Part shown: piece by piece, positions 29,813-38,094 of the stretch | Numbering within the stretch: position 1 is the first letter of the stretch | Layout of the letters: every line of letters starts with the position of its first letter | From: a virus | Length of the DNA: 64,000 bases | Direction: 5' to 3' (one strand) | Virus record (IMG/VR): IMGVR_UViG_3300047312_000028 | Span: 96,001-160,000 of that record | Program-made: the position numbers and the translations under genes | The notes under the pieces: model-generated | The model's input: only the letters and a program-made list of their open reading frames with translations | Database searches by the model: none | What the model was told of the DNA's origin: nothing

Positions 29813-29841
29813 TTGACTTTGTGGTGTGTCTTTGTTAGACT
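29813..29841 (+). promoter_or_regulatory. Sigma70-type promoter TTGACT-17-TAGACT
   Basis: Hexamers, 17-bp spacer, TG extended -10. Confidence 0.65.
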
Positions 29842-29880
29842 TCTACCAGATTGACACACATATCAACAAAAGGAGCGAAT

Positions 29881-31116
29881 ATGACAGAGCGAATTGAATC
29901 CCGTGACAAGTTTCTGGCTCTCTTAGTCTCGACTGGCAAGAGTGTCATTACGAAACAAGAGATACGGGACTTGTGTGAAGCGAATGATATGAAGGTCCCT
30001 CAGTGGTTCACGAAAGACGATGTGAACCGCGCGGGTCGCGGGATGTTCAGAGTGCCAGGTGTCCCAGTGTCAATCACAGCAGATAATCACGTATCAACTC
30101 AAGAAGAGAAAGAGGAGGAGATTGTGGAACAAGTTGCTATGCAGCCGTTGGCATTGGCGCCTGTGACAAAGAAACTCAAGATTGCGACGATTGCAACCGA
30201 TCTTGAAGAGCAGGGGATTATCCCGCTCAAGTATAAGAACTATGTTCCCTTCGGCAACTTTGATGATCTGAAGGCGATCATTCTTTCTCGACAGTTCTAC
30301 CCCGTGTTCATCACAGGCCCGTCTGGTAACGGCAAGAGCTTGTCAGTTGAGCAGGTCTGTGCAATGCTCGGGCGTGAATATGTGTGTGTTAGTATGACGC
30401 CTGAGACTGATGAAGGTGACTTGCTCGGCAACTACATCTTGCTTGACAATCAGATGATTTGGCGAGACGGTGCAGTGACTACAGCGGCTCGACGTGGCGC
30501 GGTTCTTTGTATCGATGAAATTGACTACGGCGCACAGAATCTTTCGTGTCTGCAACGAGTGCTTGAAGGAAAGCCGTTCTTGCTTAAGAAGAAAGGCGAA
30601 CTTGTGACCCCGGCTCCTGGGTTCCAGATCATTGCGACTGCGAACACAAAGGGGAAGGGATCTGAAGACGGACGCTACATGTTCACGAACGTCTTGAATG
30701 AATCGTTCCTTGAGCGATTCCCTATCACGTTCGAGCAAGAATGGGCGCCGAACAATGTTGAGCGACGTATTATCAAGAAAGAACTCGAAACGTCTGGTCG
30801 TGAGGATGATGACTTTGCGATGAACTTGGTCACCTGGGCTAGCACGATTCGCAAGGCCTACGAAGAAGAAGGTGCTTCAAGTGAAGTAGTCTCGACTCGT
30901 AGACTGGTGCACATTGCCCGTGCGTATCCGATATTCAACGGAGATCGTATCAAGGCCATCACGTATTGTTTGAACCGATTCGATGAAGAAACCAAGAAGT
31001 CATTCATCGATTTGTACACGAAGGTGGATGCCAGCGTGACTGTGAACAATACAGTGAACTCTACCGATCCGAGTGCGATACCAGACCCTGATGCGGCGAC
31101 TATAGTGGTAACATAA
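29881..31116 (+). CDS. CobS-like/MoxR AAA+ ATPase
   Basis: GPSGNGKS, LCIDEID, ATANTKGKGS, NESFLERF, STRRLVHI; AAGGAG SD. Confidence 0.92.
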   Translation: MTERIESRDKFLALLVSTGKSVITKQEIRDLCEANDMKVPQWFTKDDVNRAGRGMFRVPGVPVSITADNHVSTQEEKEEEIVEQVAMQPLALAPVTKKLKIATIATDLEEQGIIPLKYKNYVPFGNFDDLKAIILSRQFYPVFITGPSGNGKSLSVEQVCAMLGREYVCVSMTPETDEGDLLGNYILLDNQMIWRDGAVTTAARRGAVLCIDEIDYGAQNLSCLQRVLEGKPFLLKKKGELVTPAPGFQIIATANTKGKGSEDGRYMFTNVLNESFLERFPITFEQEWAPNNVERRIIKKELETSGREDDDFAMNLVTWASTIRKAYEEEGASSEVVSTRRLVHIARAYPIFNGDRIKAITYCLNRFDEETKKSFIDLYTKVDASVTVNNTVNSTDPSAIPDPDAATIVVT

Positions 31117-31123
31117 AAAGTTC

Positions 31124-31152
31124 TTGACAGTTCGTCCGAGTTGTGTTATCAT
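31124..31152 (+). promoter_or_regulatory. Sigma70-type promoter TTGACA-17-TATCAT
   Basis: Hexamers, 17-bp spacer, TG extended -10. Confidence 0.8.
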
Positions 31153-31168
31153 GCGTCATTGAATGTAC

Positions 31169-31250
31169 ATGCTGCCGCCTGAAAGAGTGCAGCATTAAAC
31201 AAATTGAGGGTGGATCGACCTCCTTTTCGATCCGTTAAACAATGAGGTGT
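31169..31250 (+). ncRNA. Structured 5' leader/sRNA: two hairpins, the second with an anti-SD loop CCTCCTTT
   Basis: ATGCTGC/GCAGCAT and GGATCGA/TCGATCC stems, each followed by TTAAACAA(AT)TGAGG. Confidence 0.55.
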
Positions 31251-31254
31251 TTTG

Positions 31255-31539
31255 ATGGCGAAGGTAGCAAAGGTTTCTGGCAAGTCACGCATTTTGGCAT
31301 TCTTGCAGAAGACTGAGGGTTACAACACTCTCAGCGTCCGTCAGGCTCAAGCCCGCTTTAGAGTTGCAAACGTGTCAGCAACGATTGCGAAGCTCAGAGC
31401 AGAAGGATATTCCATCTACACAAACACGCGCAAGCGTGGCGATGGAAGTGCAGTGGCAGTGTATCGCTTGGGTCGTCCGTCTGCGTCCTTTATTGCGCAG
31501 TGTGAATTGCGGAACGTCACCCCGAAGGGCACGAACTAA
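31255..31539 (+). CDS. Small basic HTH-like DNA-binding protein
   Basis: QARFRVANVSATIAKLRAEGYSIYTN...YRLGRPS; own promoter and terminator. Confidence 0.75.
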   Translation: MAKVAKVSGKSRILAFLQKTEGYNTLSVRQAQARFRVANVSATIAKLRAEGYSIYTNTRKRGDGSAVAVYRLGRPSASFIAQCELRNVTPKGTN

Positions 31540-31569
31540 TCCAAGTTCGTTTCTGTCCTTCTAGTAGTC

Positions 31570-31605
31570 GGCGGAGGTCTCCAATCGGGGGCCTCCGCTT
31601 TGTTT
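31570..31605 (+). terminator. Intrinsic terminator
   Basis: GCGGAGGTCTCC-AATC-GGGGGCCTCCGC followed by TTTGTTT. Confidence 0.88.
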
Positions 31606-31625
31606 CGTCTTCTGGAGAACCCACC

Positions 31626-32087
31626 ATGACTCAATCATTTAGAAAATGGGACCTGCGTTTCATCGAACTCGCCAAACATATTTCCACATGGTCAAAAGAT
31701 CCCAGCACTCAGCTAGGTTCAGTGATCGTTGACAAGCGCAATCGAGTTATCTCTATGGGGTACAACGGTTTCCCTCGTGGCGTGAAAGACACACCTGAAC
31801 GACTGAATACCAGAGAAGTCAAATATAAGATGATCGTTCATGGTGAAATGAATGCCCTAGTGTTCGCAACGCAACCCCTCAAGGGAACCACCATGTACAT
31901 CTGGCCGTTTATTTCATGCTCTACATGCACAGCGGTTATTATCAATGCGGGTATACAACGAGTCGTAGCACCTGTGAATGACAACCCACGATGGAAAGAA
32001 TCGTTCGATCTAAGTAAGCAACTCTACCATGAAGCTGGCGTACAAGTTGTCCTTCTTGATGGATTATTGGGGGAGGAGTTATGCTGA
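31626..32087 (+). CDS. cd: dCMP deaminase
   Basis: SKDPSTQLG, GYNGFPRG, HGEMNA, CSTC. Confidence 0.92.
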   Translation: MTQSFRKWDLRFIELAKHISTWSKDPSTQLGSVIVDKRNRVISMGYNGFPRGVKDTPERLNTREVKYKMIVHGEMNALVFATQPLKGTTMYIWPFISCSTCTAVIINAGIQRVVAPVNDNPRWKESFDLSKQLYHEAGVQVVLLDGLLGEELC

Positions 32088-32161
32088 TTTTTATTACTAT
32101 AATTGCAGTACTGCTTTTCTTGATCTTCGTTCATGAAATTACAACCCCAAAAGGACAATAG
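32081..32161 (+). CDS. 26-aa single-pass membrane peptide (not in the ORF track)
   Basis: GGAGGAG SD; MLIFITIIAVLLFLIFVHEITTPKGQ; fills the gap between neighbours. Confidence 0.6.
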   Translation: MLIFITIIAVLLFLIFVHEITTPKGQ

Positions 32162-32162
32162 G

Positions 32163-32477
32163 ATGATACCAGAATATATAAAACAAGAAGCAGGTAAAAT
32201 ACTTTACTCATACGCGGGGGAGGTAAATGATGAAGTCACAAGGTCGCGTATTACCCTTCAGCTTGCTGGATTATTTCGTTCGCTCAAAGAGGCTGATATG
32301 ATAGAACGATTCTCTGTGTACTGCAATAAAGAGAACAACACACCGGATGTGATCGACGAACATGCCGTTGTGGTTGATATCAGAATACAGTTTCCTGAAT
32401 CCCCAGATCATATAGATTTCCAAGCTAAATTTGAAGTGAAAGGAGTAGATTTCTCTGAGTTAACCTCCGGAGAATGA
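32163..32477 (+). CDS. Stand-alone tail-sheath C-terminal-domain paralog
   Basis: EVNDEVTR..NNTPDVID..GVDFSEL aligns to gp18 EFNDEFTR..NNTPDVID..GVSFDEI. Confidence 0.8.
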   Translation: MIPEYIKQEAGKILYSYAGEVNDEVTRSRITLQLAGLFRSLKEADMIERFSVYCNKENNTPDVIDEHAVVVDIRIQFPESPDHIDFQAKFEVKGVDFSELTSGE

Positions 32478-32523
32478 CGCATATATAGTATGATGATATT
32501 TATTTCTCCCACGGAGGTGAACT

Positions 32524-33318
32524 TTGGAAATCAAGATTGACCTAGATAAACTGCGCCAACATCGAATCTTCATTGCCACTCCAATGTACGGCGGTATGTG
32601 TTGTGGTATGTACATGAAGAGTTGCTTGGATCTGCAAACGATCTTTCAACAATATGGCATTCCTTCTCGCTTCAGTTTCATCTTCAACGAATCACTAATC
32701 ACCAGGGCCCGTAACTACTTGGTGGATGAATTCTTGCGTACCGATTTCACACACTTACTCTTCCTCGATGCCGACATTCATTTCAACCCGCAAGATATCG
32801 TGGCCATGTTGGCATTAGACAAAGACGTGATCGGTGCACCTTATCCTAAGAAAGCATTGAACTGGGGAAACATTGCTGATGCCGCGCGTAAACACCCAGA
32901 GCTTGATCCTAAAGAACTCGAAAACGTAGTCGGTGATTATGTGTTCAACGTGGTCAAGGGTACTGAACGTTTCCAAGTGTCTGAACCCCTTGAAGTCATG
33001 GAGATCGGCACAGGCTACATGCTCATTAAGCGTGATGTGTTTATGAAGTGGGCAGAAGCGTATCCACATAAGAAGTATCGTCCTGACCATGTCGGTCAAA
33101 AGAACTTCGACGGTTCGCGCTATATTCATGCGTACTTTGACACCGAGATCGATCCAGACTCAGAGCGTTACTTATCAGAAGACTATGCGTTCTGCCAGTG
33201 GTATCGTAAGATTGGTGGTCATATCTGGCTCTGTCCTTGGGTGCAGACTCAACACGTTGGTACCTATGCGTTCACAGGCAACATGGCGAAGATTGCAGAC
33301 TTGACGGGGAAACTCTAA
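32524..33318 (+). CDS. GT-A fold glycosyltransferase-like conserved phage protein
   Basis: IATPMYGG, ESLITRARN, LLFLDAD (DxD), GTGYMLI, YLSEDYAFC. Confidence 0.75.
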   Translation: MEIKIDLDKLRQHRIFIATPMYGGMCCGMYMKSCLDLQTIFQQYGIPSRFSFIFNESLITRARNYLVDEFLRTDFTHLLFLDADIHFNPQDIVAMLALDKDVIGAPYPKKALNWGNIADAARKHPELDPKELENVVGDYVFNVVKGTERFQVSEPLEVMEIGTGYMLIKRDVFMKWAEAYPHKKYRPDHVGQKNFDGSRYIHAYFDTEIDPDSERYLSEDYAFCQWYRKIGGHIWLCPWVQTQHVGTYAFTGNMAKIADLTGKL

Positions 33319-33467
33319 TGGAAGAACTTCTTTGGAAAATCTCTGTGGAAGGTGTAGAGCACAAAAAACTCTACACTACCAAAGAGCGTGATGAAATGTT
33401 CGGCAGATTGACAATGATACAATTTGCCACAGTAACGGCCATTCAAGTAGGAGTGAATTATACATGA
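33318..33467 (+). CDS. Small hypothetical protein
   Basis: Coupled start (TAATG) and stop (ATGA) with neighbours. Confidence 0.55.
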   Translation: MEELLWKISVEGVEHKKLYTTKERDEMFGRLTMIQFATVTAIQVGVNYT

Positions 33468-34102
33468 TTATTGGACTTGTGGGATTCATCGGCTCTGGGA
33501 AAGGCACTGTTGGCGACCTACTACACACTCAATATGGTTATGCGACTGATTCATTTGCTCGACCATTGAAAGATGCTGTAGCTGCGATCTTTGGTTGGGA
33601 CCGTGACATGCTAGAAGGCAACACGGTACAATCACGCGCCTGGCGCGAAGTGCCAGATGCTTTCTGGTCTGAGAAGTTTGGATATCCTTTCACTCCTCGA
33701 CAAGCTCTCCAATTGATGGGTACCGAAGCGGGCCGAAACGTATTTCACAAACAAGTCTGGGTGATTTCTCTCCTACAGCGAAACCAGGGTCGTGATGTGG
33801 TGGTCACTGATGTTCGATTCAAGAACGAAGTGCAGGCCCTTCATGATGCAGGTGGTATTATCGTGCGAGTGCGACGTGGTCCAGAACCAGAATGGTACGA
33901 GACCGCATTGAATGCCAATCAAGGTGATCCGGTCGCGTTAGCGAGTATGATGTTTTCATCCCCACTTATTCATTCTTCAGAATGGGACTGGATCGGTTCC
34001 AATATCAATCACACAATCTATAATGATGGTAGACTTGCCGACCTTCAAGATAATGTTCGGCATTTAGTTGAAAATCGAAATGTGTTCTTGACTTCGTTGT
34101 AA
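33464..34102 (+). CDS. gp1: Deoxynucleoside monophosphate kinase
   Basis: IIGLVGFIGSGKGT, SFARPLKD, TPRQALQLMGTE, VTDVRFKNE. Confidence 0.93.
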   Translation: MIIGLVGFIGSGKGTVGDLLHTQYGYATDSFARPLKDAVAAIFGWDRDMLEGNTVQSRAWREVPDAFWSEKFGYPFTPRQALQLMGTEAGRNVFHKQVWVISLLQRNQGRDVVVTDVRFKNEVQALHDAGGIIVRVRRGPEPEWYETALNANQGDPVALASMMFSSPLIHSSEWDWIGSNINHTIYNDGRLADLQDNVRHLVENRNVFLTSL

Positions 34103-34116
34103 GTTCCGAGTATAAT
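34088..34116 (+). promoter_or_regulatory. Sigma70-type promoter TTGACT-17-TATAAT for gp45
   Basis: Read from sequence. Confidence 0.8.
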
Positions 34117-34144
34117 TCATTTATTATTAACCTGTGAGGTCCCT

Positions 34145-34813
34145 ATGAAACTATCAGAGAACACCCTATCCGTCATTAAGAACTTCGCCGCAATCAACGA
34201 TTCTTTGTTTTTCAAAACAGGAAACGTTCAACGCACAGTCTCTACACACAAGACGATTCTTGTGGAAGCTGTACTCGACGAAGTGTTCCCGGTTGACTTC
34301 GGTATTCACCAGTTGAACCAACTTCTATCAATCATGTCTCTCTCAAAAGATGGTGTTGAATTAGAAGTAAACGGACCGAATGCAATGTTGACTACACAAG
34401 TAGGTCGCAGTAAATTCACCTACCGTTGCTGTGATGAAACGATGATTAAGAATCCACCACCAAAGAACGTCGCGCTGCCTTCTCAAGATTGTTCGTTCCT
34501 GTTAACGGAATCGGACATGGAGTACATTCTCAAGGCCGCTAGTGTATTGAGCAGTCCAAACATTGCTGTGGTGAGAGAAGCTGATAAGCTTTTCATTAAG
34601 ACCATGGACGCGCAAGACGATGCAGCACATATCCAAACGCTTGACATGGGTCCTGCAATTGGTCCTGCACAGACCTTCCTCTTTAAGACTGAGAACTGGA
34701 AAATGATGCCAGGTGATTATACCGTCACACTCTCAAGTAAAGGTGTGTCTCATTTCCAGAATAACGCCCGCAAAATCCAGTACTGGGTCGCTCTTGAACA
34801 GCGTTCCAGCTAA
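34145..34813 (+). CDS. gp45: Sliding clamp
   Basis: MKLSENTLSVIKNFAAIN, FGIHQL, PGDYTV, YWVALE. Confidence 0.95.
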   Translation: MKLSENTLSVIKNFAAINDSLFFKTGNVQRTVSTHKTILVEAVLDEVFPVDFGIHQLNQLLSIMSLSKDGVELEVNGPNAMLTTQVGRSKFTYRCCDETMIKNPPPKNVALPSQDCSFLLTESDMEYILKAASVLSSPNIAVVREADKLFIKTMDAQDDAAHIQTLDMGPAIGPAQTFLFKTENWKMMPGDYTVTLSSKGVSHFQNNARKIQYWVALEQRSS

Positions 34814-34837
34814 CTGACAGTAGATATTCTAACAATA

Positions 34838-34958
34838 CCGATTTGCACCCCGCTCTAGTAGCGGGGATTGCCAGGCGATTTCCCTGTTTCCCGGCGGTTC
34901 CACCCATTCCCGACACAAGATACAGTTTTTGATTGGAACCGCCGTTCTCCCGCCGTTT
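34838..34958. ncRNA. Putative structured RNA between gp45 and gp44 (probably minus strand)
   Basis: GC-rich stems CCCCGC/GCGGGG, CAGG/CCTG and the 11-bp CGGCGGTTCCA/TGGAACCGCCG in a 170-bp gap. Confidence 0.5.
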
Positions 34959-34982
34959 TATCGTCTTTATTATGAGGTCATT

Positions 34983-35918
34983 ATGTTGCAGCATATGCTA
35001 TGGACAGAGAAGTATCGTCCGCACAAAGTTGAAGATTGTATCCTTCCAGATCGACTCAAACAACCATTCGCCGAATACGTCAAACTGAAGATGATTCCCA
35101 ATCTTCTGTTGTCTGGTGGTGCAGGCACCGGAAAGACCACTATCGCCAAAGCGATGTGTCAAGAGATCGGGTGCGACTATTTGGTCATTAACGGATCAGA
35201 TGAATCTGGCATCGACACGTTCAGAACCAAGATCAAGAATTATGCCTCCTCTATGAGTCTGTCAGGTGGTCGTAAAGTCATTATCATCGACGAAGCAGAT
35301 TACCTGAATCCAAACTCTACTCAGCCCGCCTTGCGTAATGCGATGGAAGAGTATGCAGGTAATTGTTCGTTCGTCTTCACCTGTAACTTTAAGAGTCGAA
35401 TCATCGAACCATTACATTCACGATGCGCCGGGGTGGACTTCACCCTCAAAGCAAGTGAGAAGAAGCAGATGGCCGGGACGTTCTTTAAGCGAATCTGCGG
35501 CATCTTGAGAACTGAGAACGTTGAATATGATGAAAAAGTAGTGGCCGAACTGCTTAAGAAATACTTCCCAGACTTTCGACGTGTGGTGAACGAACTTCAG
35601 CGATACTCGAAGTTCGGAAAGATCGATGTAGGCCTTCTGGCGCACATTGGTGATATTGAAATCACCGAAGTGGTGAAGTATCTCAAAGAGAAAGATTTCA
35701 ACTCACTGCGTAAGTGGGTCGCCTCACGCGATGTGGAGCCTGCGGTGTTGTATCGCAAGCTGTATGACAACCTCTACGAAGTCCTGAAGAAGGAATCAAT
35801 CCCACAGGTTGTATTATTGTTGGCAGACTACCAATACAAAGGTGCGTTCTGCGCGGACCAAGAGATCAACACCATGGCCTGTTTGACAGAGATCATGGTC
35901 AGTTGTGAATTTCTATAA
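34983..35918 (+). CDS. gp44: Clamp loader large subunit
   Basis: WTEKYRP, GGAGTGKTT, IIDEAD, PLHSRC, FPDFRR. Confidence 0.97.
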   Translation: MLQHMLWTEKYRPHKVEDCILPDRLKQPFAEYVKLKMIPNLLLSGGAGTGKTTIAKAMCQEIGCDYLVINGSDESGIDTFRTKIKNYASSMSLSGGRKVIIIDEADYLNPNSTQPALRNAMEEYAGNCSFVFTCNFKSRIIEPLHSRCAGVDFTLKASEKKQMAGTFFKRICGILRTENVEYDEKVVAELLKKYFPDFRRVVNELQRYSKFGKIDVGLLAHIGDIEITEVVKYLKEKDFNSLRKWVASRDVEPAVLYRKLYDNLYEVLKKESIPQVVLLLADYQYKGAFCADQEINTMACLTEIMVSCEFL

Positions 35919-35927
35919 GGAGTGTTC

Positions 35928-36623
35928 ATGGTATATGATAAGATGTTAGAAGCTTTGCAGTCGTGTTATAACCAACATGTGATGCCCACACACCCTGATT
36001 TCAAAACTGACCATGAAGAGGGGGTATTGGAACGATTCACCCGAGTTGGGTTCTCGATTGTCACACGAGAAAAATATCCACCTAAATTTCAAGACTACGA
36101 AGAGTGGTTATATGCAGGCAGTCGATTTATGCCTAATATGACAATCATGAGGCATCCTTTCGGTAAGAACCGTCCAACGGATCTTATTGTGGTAGAGCAT
36201 GATAGGAGTTTTCTAATCGAGTGTAAGGGAACAAAGGAACGCTCCATACAGAGTGTACAATTTAACAGTTCGCTGCCTCATGAGGCCATCATTTATATCA
36301 TGTCAACGATGGATCAAACTATGATTATGAGAGGCGATCATATCATCACTCCGGCACAACGAGCACCTTGGTTAGAATATGAGAAAAAAGTGTTTGCGGT
36401 GGAGCCACCCAACCATGATATATTAGGCGGCCGACCGCGCCTGTTTTATTTTATCAAGCCAAATGAAGAATTTCTTGCCGAAGCTGCAAGCGCAGGATCA
36501 AAGAAAGTGTTTGACGAACTTCGTGGCATCACAGAACAAGCGCCTGCAACAATGTGCTATTATCAACCTCCATTCTCAATTGTAGATTTTTGCATGAGCT
36601 CCCAAGAACCAGATGATAACTGA
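35928..36623 (+). CDS. Putative PD-(D/E)XK nuclease
   Basis: PTDLIV....FLIECKG motif; E in an upstream helix (HEEGV). Confidence 0.55.
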   Translation: MVYDKMLEALQSCYNQHVMPTHPDFKTDHEEGVLERFTRVGFSIVTREKYPPKFQDYEEWLYAGSRFMPNMTIMRHPFGKNRPTDLIVVEHDRSFLIECKGTKERSIQSVQFNSSLPHEAIIYIMSTMDQTMIMRGDHIITPAQRAPWLEYEKKVFAVEPPNHDILGGRPRLFYFIKPNEEFLAEAASAGSKKVFDELRGITEQAPATMCYYQPPFSIVDFCMSSQEPDDN

Positions 36624-37110
36624 TGCCGTCATAGATCAAACGAGAAAGTACCGATACAGACTCTCCAGAGAGTGGGGAGTGATACGGGATTGGCAAGACG
36701 AAGCACATCCACATACAATTACATGGATCATGCTGAATCCGTCGACCGCTGATGCCGATAAAGATGACCCCACTATTCGACGTTGTATTACGTTCTCAGA
36801 GCGTTGGGGATACTCGAAACTCATTGTCGTGAATCTCTATGCTATGAGAGCGACGAATCCCCAACACTTACTCAAAGATCATGATCCTATTGGTCGTGAG
36901 AATAGAGGATATATACAAGAAGCAATTCAATATAGTAGCACGGTTATGGCGGCCTGGGGTGCATTCAAGATGGGTGTGCCACAAGAACTCGTCCGGCTTT
37001 TACAAGACTGCAACCTGTGGTGTTTAGGAACAACCAAGAACGGGTCTCCAAAACATCCCCTCTATGTAAGTTCGATCACCGACCGCGAACGCTTTCAATT
37101 AACATTATGA
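36613..37110 (+). CDS. DUF1643 family protein
   Basis: YRYRLSR, IMLNPSTAD..DDPTIRRC, NLYAMRATNP, AAWG, PKHPLY. Confidence 0.9.
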   Translation: MITDAVIDQTRKYRYRLSREWGVIRDWQDEAHPHTITWIMLNPSTADADKDDPTIRRCITFSERWGYSKLIVVNLYAMRATNPQHLLKDHDPIGRENRGYIQEAIQYSSTVMAAWGAFKMGVPQELVRLLQDCNLWCLGTTKNGSPKHPLYVSSITDRERFQLTL

Positions 37111-37724
37111 AACCAAAAAGAAGTTCTATTTCAGTGACAAAGGATGAAATCATCATTCATTGGGGTGAATTTCTAATGAATCACAAAGGGAGAAGGGATG
37201 ATTTGTTTGGTAGATGTTTCGCTTGTGATTTCAAAACAGAACATCTAGATAGAGCGCACATCATGCCAGTTATGGAAGGCGGTAGTAACAAGGTCGATAA
37301 TCTTCACTGTTTGTGTAAAATATGTCATCTTGAAAGTGAATTACTATACGGGGATCAGTATTTTAGATGGTTCAAATCCATGAGTCCGGAGAAACGAAGA
37401 GCTATAGAGTTTTTGAAATATGGAGATGACTCTATCAATAGTAAGTTTATTTCAATGATTAAAAAACCACATCATATAGATGTGGCAGAAGCTTCTCACC
37501 AAAGATCCTTAAGTAGAAAATTAAACATCACAAAAAATATGCAATCTTCTGACAATATGGGAAGGCCTTCCCGAGATTTTACTCCAGAAGAAATACAAAC
37601 CATATTAACTGAAAGAAAGAATGGTATTGGGATAAAGGTTCTAGCAAAGAAATATAGCATAGGAATAGGTACCATATATAGAATTTTAACCCAACCAATT
37701 CAATCAACACATGAACCCCTTTGA
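37107..37724 (+). mobile_element. HNH endonuclease with C-terminal HTH
   Basis: CFAC, RAHIMP..GGSNKVDNLHCLCKICH; C-terminal LAKKYSIGIGTIYRIL; AT-rich. Confidence 0.8.
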
Positions 37725-38094
37725 TTACGTCAAAAACATCCAACACACCAAAGAAAATCTCATGGCTGACCCTCAGTCAGAGAAAGAGTATCAGCCGTTC
37801 CTTATCAACAAGACACTCTCCTATGAGATGGATTGTTTGATGCAGGCGAACGAGATGAACCAGCGGCATCACCTCGACAAAAAGCTTCAATACCACTATC
37901 TTATAAATATCATTCGCGCACGTAAGCGACCTTTTCATAAGTGGATTAAGCCTGAGACCAGTGAAGTGATAGACGCAATCAAGCTCTTTTTTGATTGCTC
38001 GGACCAAAAAGCGCAGGAAGCTCTCAGAATACTTTCCACCGAAGAGATCGAACTCATTCAACAGAAGACGATTAAAGGTGGTATTGTAAAATGA
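37711..38094 (+). CDS. gp62: Clamp loader small subunit
   Basis: MNPFDYVK, YQPFLINKTLS, ANEMN, QYHYLINIIR.RKR. Confidence 0.93.
   Translation: MNPFDYVKNIQHTKENLMADPQSEKEYQPFLINKTLSYEMDCLMQANEMNQRHHLDKKLQYHYLINIIRARKRPFHKWIKPETSEVIDAIKLFFDCSDQKAQEALRILSTEEIELIQQKTIKGGIVK

Noticed and set aside
27267-31116. Cobalamin biosynthesis (cobaltochelatase CobST)
   Set aside because: No CobN or other cob genes in the window; these are generic MoxR/vWA proteins common in T4-like phages.
34855-34895. Cobalamin riboswitch-like string on the minus strand (GGGAAACAGG..CCTG..CCCCGCTACT)
   Set aside because: The T-loop and ACUGU/B12-box elements are not matched, the CCCCGC is used in a local hairpin, and no credible minus-strand gene lies downstream. 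Kept only as an unknown structured element.
37902-37909. TATAAATA inside gp62
   Set aside because: It is intragenic and in an early/middle operon. It may be chance or a late promoter for regA, but this cannot be supported from the sequence alone.
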